DNA of 63,962 nt, the filler included, from Piptocephalis cylindrospora (taxonomy: Eukaryota): the NCBI GenBank assembly GCA_003614145.1. It is 7 parts of 7 records of this genome, joined end to end, with 100 filler letters (N's around TTAATTAATTAA, not from the genome) between each part and the next. Parts side by side here need not be neighbours in the genome. Positions count along the whole stretch, not along the records: positions 37,000 to 46,104 come from KZ988107.1; positions 46,205 to 55,305 come from KZ988108.1; 5 more parts are not named here. One strand, written 5' to 3'. A model generated the notes under the pieces. It was not told where the DNA came from, did not search any database, and saw only the letters and a program-made list of their open reading frames with translations. The translations under genes were made by a program, and so were the position numbers. This document shows, in pieces, positions 40,829 to 53,585 of this stretch; the stretch's first letter is position 1, and each line of letters begins with the position of its first letter.

Positions 40829-41315
40829 GGTGTTTGTGCGTGTAGATTGATGCGTAGGGTGAGGATGAAGAAGAGGGATGAGGAGAGGGAAAAAAGAGAA
40901 AGGTCACCGTCCTTGTTGTCGTAGATACGCCTTAAAACAGCCTCATAAACTGACTCCTCCCTCTCTCCTCGGGTTTGGATAGGGGGACATCACCACCCTA
41001 AAGCACTACCCAGATCAAATGGGACACACGGGGATGATTGGGTAGAGAGACCAGTCTGAATCAAAGTGTCTGCCCGTTGTCACACTGTACGGCCGCTGTT
41101 GTTGTTACCACACTGTGGAGGCAAGAAGGACCTTCCAGATCCGCCTGGTCAGTGTCAGGGAAATGCATACGAGGGATACAAGTAGGATAAATAGGACGTC
41201 ATCCCTACCACTTTCTCTTATGACCCAAAGGAGAGAGTGAGAGAGTGAGAGAGAAAGGAGGAAAGATCCATAGAATAGACATCCTGATATTTAACGCATG
41301 ACCCCAAGACCCACT

Positions 41316-42871
41316 TTACTCGGTAGCATAAGAAGAATAAACAATGGCTGAGTAGGCTCGAAGGGCCGGAAGACGGTCCAAATCCTATGTGAGGGGAAGG
41401 ATGGAGATTAGGATGGCCAACACAGAAACGCCTACCCCGCTCCCTTTATCCAGTGCATACCTTGATATACCGATTCTTTGATTCATCCCATATTTTATAC
41501 GTGGTTCGAGAGATACGTGGGAGGAGGGAGGCAAGGCGAGGGAGGGTCGGAGCACTATCCATATCGCCAATTTCAACCACCTTGGGCGGAAGGGAAGGGG
41601 CAAGCTCACCCTGTAATTGCTGATCAAAAATGTCGAACGCCGTTGCAAGAGCCTCCCGCGTGACTTGAAGGGCATTGGGACTTTCAAGGAGATCATACGT
41701 TTCATCCAGGATCCCGCGTAGGGAGGAGGAAAGGGAGGGGATGGGATGGCCCATAGCCTCCTCTAGGATGCTCGCCTCATTTTCTCCATTAGGGATCATC
41801 CACCCCGTGCATCTTTTGTCGTCAAGGAATAAGTAGGTATCCTGGCACCATCCATGCCCGAAAAAGAGGGAGGGGATGCTTACCTTTGAAAAAAGTCTTC
41901 GAATGAGTCTCCTGCCTCAATCCTCTCCCGGATAGAACGAACATGGCCTTGGATCTCCGTGGATCCGCAGGGGGACCTTAAAGACACTGGATCCATCACT
42001 TCCTTCACAGCTTCTCTCACCCAAGCCACACACTCTCGCGCGCCATGGTGAAGGAGATGAGAGGGGAGAGAGGAGAGAAAGATCCGCTCCTCCTCCCATC
42101 CCAATCTCTGGGATCCAGCCAGGGCCATCTGGACGGACTGTTCCCGATCATCCTCTGGGACCCCGACGGAAGCCACGTAAAATGACCTTCCAAGCAAGTT
42201 GATTTGTGTGTGCGAAAGAAGGGTCAAAAGGATGAGAAGATAAATGGATGCAATAGGCCTGACGTAACCTTGAAGGGGGGAGGAGGAGGAGGATGAGATG
42301 AGATGGGATGAGATGAGATGGGCCATCTTAAACAATCATCATCATACAATGACTTACTCTCTGTCTTGACCGCAGTCCATAGCTCTAGCTTGGTCATGGG
42401 CTTTTCAACCAATGTAGGCTGCTCCTCCATGGATAATCCATCCCCAGTGCTTGGTCCTTTCTCCTCGCTGGGATCTTTTGAGGGAGTAGTGGTCTTGACG
42501 GTCTGCTTCAACTGTATCATCCAACGATCGGCATTGGATAGCTCATCCAGTAGCTCACTCATATCCGAGAGGAGGGCTTGTACAGTCCAAGCCACATCCT
42601 GTTGATTTTGTTCAAACCTGCGCTCTATGCTATAGAATAGGGGGAGGAGGAGGAAGAGGGAGAAGGTTTAGTATCCCTGGACGGGAGGACCCATCCGTCA
42701 AGCACCCTCTTACTCAGTGTATATGGCCCGTTCCTGTGCACTTTTCCTTGAGTGGTGCAGTAACTGGTCCTTCATGTACCGCGTCAACCACACTCCACCG
42801 GCACCAACAGTAGCCAAGGTCGTGAGACCGCGACGATATGACCAGAGGGATTGACCGAGGGTAGTGAGCAT
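41316..42871 (-). CDS. PEX3: Peroxin Pex3, multi-exon
   Basis: N-terminal anchor (YRRGL..LATVGAGGVWL), RRFEQNQQD, KLELW..VK, QINLLGR..Y, LDETYDLLESP, LASLLP, YSAIVYSS. Confidence 0.9.
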
Positions 42872-43356
42872 AACTGGATCGGAGGAGGACGGAAGGAAGA
42901 GAGATGAGTGTGGGAAGACCTGGAGGTGTGATTGTAGAACGAGGTGAGGATACCCGAACACACTCACCAACACAATCAGACAGGAGCTGAAGCGCGTATT
43001 GACCCTTACACGTCCCACTACTATATCATACTGGAGAGAAAGATATACTATCACACAGATCTTGTGACACCCAGGAGCACGGATGTTTCACTAGCCGAGA
43101 GGATGTCCATGCACAAAAGAACTCTCGACGCTCATGATTTCATCTTGTGTGTGTGTGTTGTTGGAAGAAGACATGAACATAGACAAGAGAACCATCATCC
43201 TAAGAGCTATATAAAGAAGAGAGAGGGGGGAAAGACGTGGTGATAGTGGTAATGGTAGAGGTGATGATGCCAAATGTGCGGAGAGTGGGAAAGGGACAAA
43301 CAAGGGAGGGAGAGAAAGGGAGAGAGGGGGAGGGGGGAGGAGGGAGGGAAGGATAT

Positions 43357-45339
43357 TTAAACCCAGTGCAAGGTCAGAAAGGTCCTGGAAGAAGGAGGGG
43401 GGACAATAGTGGTAGTGGATAGAGTCAGTTGGGACCATTGCCCCTGAAGGAGGAGGGAGAGTTGATCGTCAGACCGCAGACCCACTACATCCCCCACCGT
43501 ATCATCTTTCCACACCAGCATCCGATTCTCACACCCAGTCATGTCTGATCCGGCTAGTCGACATTTTTGCACGATCCTCTCCCGGACAGCCTTGAGAGAG
43601 GAGGTCACGGAGACACGGAGGGTGATATGCCTGGACCGGTCCATCACCACCCGTACCATTCGAGTCCCATCATCGATGTATGACATGGGGGAAAAGGCCA
43701 TCGAGGTGGAGGAGGGGGAGGAAGGGTCCGCTGTGTGGGGCCGGATCAACAACTCAGAGTCTTGTGCAATGGGGTGAAGAAGGGAGGGTTTGGATCGGGG
43801 CTTCCACAGTCGGTCAAACACTCGAGCCCTGGGCGATGGCGTATCACTGCCCCTTCGAGGAGCCATGGAGATGGCTGTGAGGTCCGTAGAATCCATGGAC
43901 AATGGAGACACGGGGCATATTGACCCCGGAGAGTACAAGGGGGATCCGGGGGCATGAGAGTGGGAATACCCTTGGGGGGTCAGGGGGTATCGATGGGACA
44001 TCATGGTAGGGCTGGTTGGGCTGCTCCCACACACACTGGCACGACGAGGAGGAGGGTGGCCGGAGGAAGAAGAGGGGGGACCTTTGGTTCCGCTACCTCC
44101 CTTGGTCATGCGCTCTCCTGTGCCATGACCATTACCCTGAGAGTAAAGTCTCCAAGAGGAGGGCCAAGCTCTTGGGTTCAACTCGAGATCGGGAAGACAT
44201 GGGATTCGACCGGTACTTACACCCGTCGATCCTGAGCCATTGACCCCCCCTCCTCCATGGCCCTTACGACCATGTGTCCTAGATTTCTCCCCCGATCCAC
44301 CACTGCCCCGAGCGTCCCTCCCTTGAGCGCTTTGATTTCTTGAATGTCCCACCAAGCCCCCTCCTCCGGCCGCCACGACCGCCCGACCATACTGGTACTC
44401 CATGGGGGGAGCAGGATGGGAAAGGGAGGGGAGCATGGCCGAGACTGGTCGGTCCAACAGGGGCCTGGGGGAAGGTGATGGTGCCCCTCCCTCTCCTACT
44501 TGGATGGGAGGGCAGGGGAAGGTAAGGGAGGTGGGAGATCGAACCCTTCCCCCTTCAGGTCTCTTGGCCTTCCTTGAGCCTTGCGACACATCCACCTTGA
44601 GTTCCCTCCCCGGCTCCAGAAAGGTAGAGGTGGAAGTGGTGGGGGAGGGCATGGTGAGGGATCGACCTGACTTTCCTTCATTACTACCATTTTCAGAGGA
44701 GGGAGAAGAGGATCCCGTGGTAGTATCGATGGTCATAACCTTGACCCCATCTCCAGCCTCCTTTCCTTCCTGTTGACTTTTGGTCTCCTCTAGATCCGTG
44801 GGCCACAGCCCGAGAAATCCTCGAAGCAACTCACTTTCCAAGGCCCAAGCTGGGAGGTAGCGGATGCACCCAACATAATCCTGGACTTCCCGGGTCCTCT
44901 CCTCAAACTGAGGGGTACCCTCCTCGAGATCCATGATGTACCTTCCGGTCAAGGGGGGCACAGGGGAAATATAGTGAGGGGCCAAGCGAACAGTGAGCCT
45001 TCGAAGGGCCTGGTCAAAGTCGCAGAGATCCGCATAAGTCCGCTTGACCTGATAGGGCGCCCGAAGATTATGGGATCGAATGGAGGTGGAGGGCACTCCT
45101 GCTGGCAAGGGCTCCGGGGTGACGCATAGGATGTAGAGGGTAGGGGGGGACGAGGCCGGATCCTGTCCCGGAGCCCTCTTTCCTGGCACCACCCCCTCCA
45201 ACTCTAGCTCCTCCAGAGGCGGGGCCAGCTTGACTCCATTCAACGATGGATCAAAGTGTGAGGGTCGACGATACACTGATCCCCCGGCTATATCCGGCCT
45301 TGCGCTCTGAATGGGGGTGGCCGAAGTGATAGTGGACAT
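43357..45339 (-). CDS. PX-domain protein with long S/P/G linker and C-terminal PB1-like domain
   Basis: 660-aa ORF; YQVKRTYADLCDFDQAL..PPL..ERTREVQDY..SELLRGFL (PX); VRVVMD..ITLRV..SLKAVRERIVQK..WKDD..LRSDDQL (PB1-like). Confidence 0.75.
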   Translation of the reverse strand: MSTITSATPIQSARPDIAGGSVYRRPSHFDPSLNGVKLAPPLEELELEGVVPGKRAPGQDPASSPPTLYILCVTPEPLPAGVPSTSIRSHNLRAPYQVKRTYADLCDFDQALRRLTVRLAPHYISPVPPLTGRYIMDLEEGTPQFEERTREVQDYVGCIRYLPAWALESELLRGFLGLWPTDLEETKSQQEGKEAGDGVKVMTIDTTTGSSSPSSENGSNEGKSGRSLTMPSPTTSTSTFLEPGRELKVDVSQGSRKAKRPEGGRVRSPTSLTFPCPPIQVGEGGAPSPSPRPLLDRPVSAMLPSLSHPAPPMEYQYGRAVVAAGGGGLVGHSRNQSAQGRDARGSGGSGEKSRTHGRKGHGGGGVNGSGSTGVSTGRIPCLPDLELNPRAWPSSWRLYSQGNGHGTGERMTKGGSGTKGPPSSSSGHPPPRRASVCGSSPTSPTMMSHRYPLTPQGYSHSHAPGSPLYSPGSICPVSPLSMDSTDLTAISMAPRRGSDTPSPRARVFDRLWKPRSKPSLLHPIAQDSELLIRPHTADPSSPSSTSMAFSPMSYIDDGTRMVRVVMDRSRHITLRVSVTSSLKAVRERIVQKCRLAGSDMTGCENRMLVWKDDTVGDVVGLRSDDQLSLLLQGQWSQLTLSTTTIVPPPSSRTFLTLHWV

Positions 45340-46104
45340 GCTGGTGATTTTCTATGAGGGGGAAGATTAAAAGATATGGTGGAAAATAGAAGGGGAGATG
45401 ACACTTACTTTATGTGGGAGAAAGGAGGAGAGAGAGAGTAAAAAAGACCCTAAAACTCGTCTATGAAGAAGGGCAATGGAGATGGGAGGAGAGAGGGAGA
45501 AAGAGATAGTGTGTGTAGGTTTAGTTTCGGGGCTGTTGACAACTCAAAACAGGATAAAAGACTAGGAGTGAGGGGGAAAAGGACAATGAAGTAGGTGGGG
45601 TGAGTGGAGAGGAGGCAGAATGGGTGAGGAAAAGAGAGGCAGGAAGAGTGAGGCAAACGGGGCAGTGAACGGGAAGATGGAAGTGAGATGAGTGTGGAAT
45701 GAGAAGGGGGTGGATTGGCACTTAAGAAGAAGAAAGGAAGAAGAGGAAAGGAGAGAGAAGATGGAATCCAAATGGCCAGCCACACTGACGAGCAGGGGTG
45801 GATTGGATAAGTGGAGGAGAGGGCATGAGGCTGGATTTGGCACCGGGTGTGAGCTGGGGGCTTGGCTAAGCGGGGCTTTTCCTCAGAGAAGAGCAGCAAT
45901 CAGGTTTGAGGGTCCGCCTCATGCTTCACGCTCCGCTCGACCCTCCACCACCTTCATCTGGTCCCTTGGAGGTTGAGTAATGGTTACACACAGTCAGACA
46001 GTGACAGGAAGAAGAGACAGGAAGATACTGTCCACAGAGAGAGTGAAAGATATGGAGATGTTGCACACACACACACACATACAACAGCTTCTCATACAGT
46101 ACTC

Positions 46105-46204
46105 NNNNNNNNNNNNNNNNNNNNNNNNNNNNNNNNNNNNNNNNNNNNTTAATTAATTAANNNNNNNNNNNNNNNNNNNNNNNNNNNNNNNNNNNNNNNN
46201 NNNN
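46105..46204. other. Assembly linker
   Basis: N/TTAATTAATTAA/N spacer. Confidence 0.97.
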
Positions 46205-49200
46205 GTCCGCGAGTTACTTGGGTCCAAGTGGAAGAGGAAGGGTCAAGAAGGGTCTGATGAGGAAGCTGGCTCTGATTCCTCTGCCTTTGATAGCTCCGCT
46301 TCTGAGGAAGATCAGGACGATGAGGATGACGAGGATGAAGAGGAGGATAGCGAGAAAGATGAAGTGAAGGAGACCCAACCATCAGTGGCCATCTTTTCTT
46401 CCGAAGAAAGGGCCAAGGAGATGACTGAAGCCCCTCAGAAACACTCCTTAAATCCTGCCGCCCCTCGCAGGCCCCTTCCCTCCCAGCTTGGAACGAAAAA
46501 GGTGCCCACAGAGACGCCATCATCGAATCTCGCCTCGGAGGAGGGGAGCCCCGCGAGAAAAAAGGTACTACTTTTTTGATGCTCTATTTTCTTACCTCTC
46601 CATCTTACCTCTTCCCGTGATTATTAGGCATTTTACGTATCGGTCAACCGGGACCCGGAAATCCAAGAAGCCAGACTGAAGCTTCCCGTGTGTGGGGAGG
46701 AACAGGTAAGACTTTTAAACTTTGATTTAGCAACCTCTTTTCATTGAATTCCTTCCTTCTCGCCAGAGAATCATGGAGGCCATTACAGAGAACCCCGTTG
46801 TGGTTATCTGTGGCGAGACAGGGTCCGGGAAGACGACCCAAGTTCCCCAATTCCTCTATGAGGCTGGTTATGGCGACCCGGAGAGCGGTAAGTGACGGAT
46901 GGAGTGGAGGACTCCCATGGCCACCTCCCGCTCACACTTCTCCTCCTTACAGATCATCCAGGAATGGTGGGGATTACGCAGCCTCGAAGGGTCGCTGCTG
47001 TATCCATGGCCCAGCGTGTGGGCACCGAGCTGGCCACGACACCAGGAGTCGTCTCTCATCAAATTCGATATGATTCTACCACGTCTCCGAACACCCGGGT
47101 CAAGTTCATGACCGACGGTGTCCTTCTCCGGGAGCTGGCTGCCGATTTTCTCCTCCGACGTTACTCGGCCCTCATCATTGATGAGGCCCATGAACGTAGT
47201 CTCAACACCGATATCCTCATCGGGGTCCTTAGTCGTATTGTTCGTCTACGACAGGAGATGGCTAAGAATGGTGAGGATGGAGTGAAGGAACTTCGGGTCA
47301 TCATCATGTCCGCCACCCTTAGTGTCAGCGACTTTACCGAAAACAAGACACTTTTCTCCGAACCTCCCCCCGTCCTGAAGGTGGAAGCTCGGCAGTTTCC
47401 GGTGAGTCGCCTTTTCCTTTTATTGCATTACGAGGAGAAGAGAGATTGTGGGCTTATACATCACATGCTTCATGCCTTATCCTTCATGCTTACCCTTCAT
47501 CTCTGGGGTCATTAGGTCCAAGTCCACTTTAATCGTCGCACTCCCCGGACGGACTACGTGGGCGAAGCCTTCAGTAAGGCATGCAAAATTCATAAGAGAC
47601 TCCCAGCCGGTGGGATCCTCATTTTCCTCTCGGGCCAGGCTGAGATCCAGACTCTGTGTCGACGTCTAGAACGACGCTTTCCCAAGGTCATTGCGGGGGA
47701 GAAGAGATCAGAAAGAGGTAGAGGAAAGGTCAGGAATAAGGGGAAGAAATCCACAATGGATGAGGAGGAGGCCGAAAATAACGTAGAAACCAACGCCGAG
47801 GATAATGTAGAAATTGAAGCTGAGGAAGTAGAATGGGGTGATCGGAAGGATGAGCTTTCCCCAGATGCAGATGAACTTAAAGAAGATGGAGTGGATGATG
47901 AACGTGGGGCCGGAGCGGATGGGGATGTGGACGCGCATCCTGGAGGCGAGCCCGAGGTAGACCATGCCCTCCTTACTGACTCGGATGAGGAGGGGGAAGA
48001 CAGGGAGATGGACGAAGATGATTCTGCAGGACCCCTCCATGTTCTACCCCTTTACTCCCTTCTCTCCACGGACAGACAGATGCGGGTCTTTGATGCCGTG
48101 CCCGAAGGGGCCAGGCTATGTGTGGTAGCGACGAACGTGGCTGAAACCTCTTTGACCATCCCAGGAATTACGTACGTGGTCGATGCAGGCCGGGTCAAGG
48201 AGCGGGAGTATGATACGCGTAGCGGGGTCCAGACCTTTTCGGTCCGGTGGACTTCCAAGGCCTCGGCTGACCAACGGTCTGGTCGAGCTGGTCGAACGGG
48301 TCCGGGCCACTGCTACCGTCTATACTCCTCAGCCGTCTTCAATGACCACTTCCAGCCCTTCTCTAGCCCCGAGATCTCCCGCATGCCCATTGACGGGGTC
48401 GTACTGCAGATGAAGGCCATGGGCATTGATCGTGTGGCCAACTTTCCTTTCCCCACCCCACCAGACCGGATGGCCCTATCCAAGGCCGAAAGGCTTCTCA
48501 CGTATCTTGGGGCCCTGAAAGGGGAGGAGGGGGGAGAGGGAGGAGGAAAGGCCTGGGCAACTCATCGCATTACCCCCCTTGGTACCCTCATGTCCAAGTT
48601 TCCTGTGTCTCCTCGATTTGCCAAGATGCTTATTTCGGGTCAGCAGGGTGGATGTATCCCGTATGTTATTGCCATGGTCGCGTCCCTGACTGTGGGAAAC
48701 CCCTTTATCCGTCAGGATTTTGTCCATCCTGATGATGGGGAGGATGAGGGTCAAGATGGGGAGACCGCGGAGGAAAAGGCCCAGCGGGAGGCTCGACGAA
48801 AAGCCTATCACCGAGCGCAGATGGTAAGTGGATTGACCTTTCTTTTTGGTTTTTTAATCAGGGAAGTAAATAATCTTACGCTCTTCTCCCTCTTTACCAT
48901 CGCAGATGCACGGAAAGAAAGCTCAAGGCAGTGATGTCCTTAAGGTCTTGAATGTGATTGGGGCTTTTGAATGCGGTGGAGCTGATGAAACTTTTTGTCA
49001 GGAAAACTTTGTACGGTACAAAGCCATGCTCGAGATCCGAAAGCTCCGGGCTCAGCTAAGCCACATTGTTCAGACGCACCTGCCGGCCTCGGCCAAGGCA
49101 GCCATCATGGACCCGGGGATGGCACCGCCATCCACCAAACAAGCAGAACTTCTGAGACAGGTTCTTCTAGTGGGATACATTGATCAAGTGGCTATCCGCA

Positions 49201-49664
49201 AATCCGAGGTCGATACCACCAAAACCACCACGTCCGGTCGTTCCAAGGGATTCCCCTACCTTACGATGTGGACGGGTCCTGGATCGATGATGGAAGGGTC
49301 TGGGGGGGACACGGAGGGTCTAGTGTACATCCACCCGGCCTCCCTTCTCCATCAACAACGGGAATCACCGGCGATGGTCATATATGGCGAGCTGCTCCGA
49401 GGAGAGAAACGGGTGTGGATGGAGACGGTTACGGCATTGGACCCATCCTGGATTGTGTCCCTGGCCCCCGCTGGTTTGTGTACGTACGGGAAGCCCTTGG
49501 ATCAGCCCAGACCAGTGTACACCGATGCTAGTCGCACTGAAGCAGATGTATGGGTTGTTCCCTCTTTTGGCCCCCGGTCCTGGCCCCTGCCGCCGATCAA
49601 GGTGCGGCAGCAACGGGTAGGAACTCGATGGGTGCTGAGTCGTACCTTGGAGGGGAACAAGTGA
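46205..49664 (+). CDS. DHR1: DEAH-box RNA helicase Dhr1/Ecm16 (DHX37), 5' truncated, multi-exon
   Basis: [78 protein letters not shown]. Confidence 0.94.
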
Positions 49665-49861
49665 GAAGCGGAAGATAAGAGATGAAGGGGTGATGTGGAG
49701 CAAGGTAGGGTAATGATAGATCCATTAATTATCCATTTTGTGTGTATCTGTGCATGAATGCTTTATGCAAGCTTGATATGGCAGTAGCAAGACGATCTTT
49801 TATCCATTTTCAACAGTAAACGGCAAATAACATATAAGAAAAGATGAATACGGTACTATTA

Positions 49862-50647
49862 TTACATGGGCTTGTGATAATCAATCTTCTCCACCTTGAC
49901 CTCCCCATCATCCAGGGTGTAGACATATGTGACGACATTCCCCCCTTGAATATCCATAAGCATAAAGGAGGGAACAGGATCTGCATCAGGGCTATGGAAA
50001 GGAGGGGTGAGGAGTGAGCCTGGATCCCTGGGGAAAGAAGATTTGGACAAGACTTACCTTGATACGGAAGAGTAAGCTCCCGTGGCCGAACCGGGATTGA
50101 CATAGAACCTCCCGCCTCGCTCAGCAGCTCCATGGCGGTGAGTATGGCCGGAGATGAGAACGTCCACGTCCATCTGTCGCGCCGTGACCTCCAGGGCAGA
50201 ATTATCATCGGTCGGGATGATCTGATGGCCATGGATCAGGCCAATGCGGATTACACCATGACTAATGACTTTACTGACTGGGAGGCCCGGTGCCTGCTTT
50301 CCAGGAGAGGCAGGAAGAGGTGAGGAAGGGATAAGGCAAAGTATGGGAGGGCTCATGAGCAAGGGAAAAACATACCAAAACCTCGTCCATATCGCCCCGG
50401 ACAATATGCATATCAGCCGAGATGGATCGTAGTTGATCATATGTCTCCCGATCGCACAGGTTACCCGTGCAAAGAGTTTGTTGAATCTTTCCAGGAACGA
50501 GGAGTTTGGAGAAGGCCGGGGGCAAGTCGGTTGCCCGGTGAGGGACGTGCAGGTCTCCGATGACTAGGATGAGCTGTTGGATGGGGGAGATGAGCCGTGG
50601 GATGTGGTGCGATGAGGATAGAACAGGATGGTACAAGTACGTACCAT
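49862..50647 (-). CDS. VPS29: Retromer subunit Vps29; first coding exon is ATG only
   Basis: [62 protein letters not shown]. Confidence 0.95.
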
Positions 50648-51972
50648 GATGAGGAAAAGAGGTAGTTGTGGGAGGAAGGGAGGATGAGCGTATCGAGAGA
50701 AAAGAAGGGGGTTATGTGGGACCCTATGGTCCTTCAACTCCGTGGTCATTTTATACTCCCTCACGATGTGTGATGGAGATATCTAACGGGACGAGGACCA
50801 TGTAGATGTCAGTGGGTGGACCCCATTTCCAGTTCCGCTTAAAGAGGAGAGTGATGACATGACTAGGCATAATACAGAGAACCATTTAATCTCGAATACA
50901 ACAGTAAATAATTACAATTAAATTGGAAAGCCAAGCAAGGTGGGACACGATGAACTGGATTGATCTTGTTGAAAGCAGATGATGATAACAAACCCGGTTT
51001 ATTCTCCCTCATGGGGCAGGCTACAGAGTATCCAAACGCATGGCCCGCCTAGGCCAACCTGCGTGGTACCAGGGACATTGTCCTCGACGTGTACCCTATT
51101 AATAGTTCCCTTCTAGACACTACAGACACCTATAGCCCACCATGCCCTGGAGAAACTCCCGCCACTATCTAGGTCTCCTAGTCAATTCGGGAAAGCTCGA
51201 GATACGCATGGGTATACCATCGTCCCCCGACGGTAGCATACCCATCCGCGTCACGGGCCTGCCATCCTCTCCTGACAGTTGAGAGTGGAGCCATTGATCG
51301 GCCCTGGACTTATAACTTCAAATAGTAATAAACAGCGAAATGTATTGAGGAAAACTACAATCTTCCCTTTTCCCTTAAAAGTCATCACAGGTTCATTTCA
51401 AAAAGGTTCAGAATCTTCCCTCGCAATATCGTTGTTTCCTCCATGAATCTTCTGATCCCTACTGTCTTCTCCGTTAATCTTCTCCATTTCTCCTCCCATT
51501 TCTCCATCGTTCCCCTTTCAACGTCCCCTGTAATCTCTGTCTCTTGGGTGGTTCCCCATAAGACAATAAATTTTTTAGCACAAAAAAAACATTTCGGCCC
51601 CTGTCATGAATTCCCATCAGCGGCTGGCGGAGTTTAAACAGATATGTGATTTGGTGGATGAGACCCTGTCTTTCTCCCATGCCAGGCCAAGAGGAAGGGA
51701 TGTCCTGAAACAAGAGCCTCTTCACCATTAGAGTTTTGAGGACATTGGCACGGCGAATAAAAGGAAGGATGAGAGAAGCAAGTAGGGCTTTGGCCGACTG
51801 TCTCTCCCTCCTCCATTAGCTTTCTTTTGCCTTTCCCTTTGTCTCTCTCCTACCTGACCTACTTTTCGACAGCATACACCATTTCATCCCCCTTTTCACC
51901 ATGACCATGCAAGATATGGCCAAGCAAACCAAGGATATAAGGGAAGCTACCCCTCAAGGGTTTTTGAAAAGG

Positions 51973-52674
51973 ATGGGTAGCCCCTTTCTCCCCCTCCTCC
52001 TCAGTCTCCTTCTCGCTGCCTTGTACATCCCTACCTTGACTCATGCGTTGGAATACAGCGAATCGACGGTTTCCATAGAGACGGCTGGGGGATCGGATAT
52101 TAGGAATGAAGTCTTCACAGACCGATCCACCACGCCTCCCACTGGTGTCACCGACCCGCCCCCAGATAACCCGAACGGGGAGCAACAAAGATGCTATGGG
52201 GATAATATCACTGGCTGCTTAAACATGTACTTTTCGTACCGAAACCCAACGACCCATAGTCTCCATTCGGATTGCGAACCCACGATGAAGGAGGGCAAGT
52301 ACCATTATATGTGCACGCCTCGTGATGGCAGCATTGCTCTTCCTTTCAACGAGGTAGCCCGTACGTATTTTGATCTGGTGTCCAGCTTCACCCTACTCGT
52401 GACTAGTTACTACAAGAACGTGGTGGATAACTCCACATACGCCAAGGAGGGGCTGTTGTACTACGCCAGCTACTACCTCATCCAGGCAGGTCCTGGATGC
52501 CCCCAAGGGGACCCAACGGCCCAGTGTATATATGCCTTTATCGTGAACAATATCACTGACCCTCTGCAAAACGGAACGTCCTGGGCCGATGTCGAGACCA
52601 AGAGTCGGGAATACAGCGACCCAGTCATGGAGTTTCTGATTCGAAACCCCTCATATGCTGAGGAACTCAAATAG
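51973..52674 (+). CDS. Orphan secreted protein with 6 Cys (alternative upstream ATG at 51901)
   Basis: Signal peptide MGSPFLPLLLSLLLAALYIPTLTHA; intronless ORF; several N-x-S/T sequons; no family recognised. Confidence 0.7.
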   Translation: MGSPFLPLLLSLLLAALYIPTLTHALEYSESTVSIETAGGSDIRNEVFTDRSTTPPTGVTDPPPDNPNGEQQRCYGDNITGCLNMYFSYRNPTTHSLHSDCEPTMKEGKYHYMCTPRDGSIALPFNEVARTYFDLVSSFTLLVTSYYKNVVDNSTYAKEGLLYYASYYLIQAGPGCPQGDPTAQCIYAFIVNNITDPLQNGTSWADVETKSREYSDPVMEFLIRNPSYAEELK

Positions 52675-53585
52675 GTGGATTGGATAGGAAGGCGTATTCC
52701 TTTTTTTGTGTGTTTGTGCTAAGGGGGAGAGGAAGGATGAGATATATATGCGGATGATATGGACTGGCCGCTTTCTATGGCCTTGTCAAGGTGAAATGAT
52801 AGATGCAGTATGAAAGGGTATTGGTTTGATCAGCAAACGACCGCTTAGATGACTCATTTGGTAGCCTCCTATACAGGAGAATTGATTTATCCTGGTGCGT
52901 CCGTATGAATGCGCGGAGTATGCAGTACCGAGAAAAGGTGGGTGAAGGCGTTGTGATTGCAGTGTGAAATGATTGCAATGCCAAGACATTTTCCATGAGA
53001 AGAAAAAGGGCTCAGTTATTCATCACTACTCTCTCACACTTATCCACACGTTCTTTCTCTTCCCATTCTAAACATCGGCTTCATCCATTCATCCTGAGTC
53101 AAGCGGATAATAGTAAATTCCATCTAGACTCACACTATGAATTTAGTATAAGAGGGCGGTAAAAATGAACATCTCATGTCCGCTATTAAAGGACTTTCTA
53201 CCCAAGGCGGAGATCCCACGGAGATGCCCCCTAGTGTATGATGCAGAAAGAAAAGAGAGGGGTCAAAAGGGCCAATCATAGCTCTTCCTATCCAGTACGC
53301 AACTCTCCAAGGGCCATGCTTTAGAATGCTTCCACAAAAGGAGGGAAATGACATACCATAAATGGATGAATGTTTGTCCGATCAGACGCTTTCCTTCCTT
53401 TTCTTCCTTCTTCTTGTCCCCAATTCCCTCGGCCTTTCTCTTTTGGGTACCCAAGTTGACCTTGGATCTCTGCTCCTCACCACGGGGATATCATTGTGAA
53501 TTTGACTTTTCCCCTCTCTTCCTCGCTCTCTTTGCCTCTCTTCTTCCGTCATTCGTCTCTGTGCTCACGGCCGTCTGCTCTCGCC

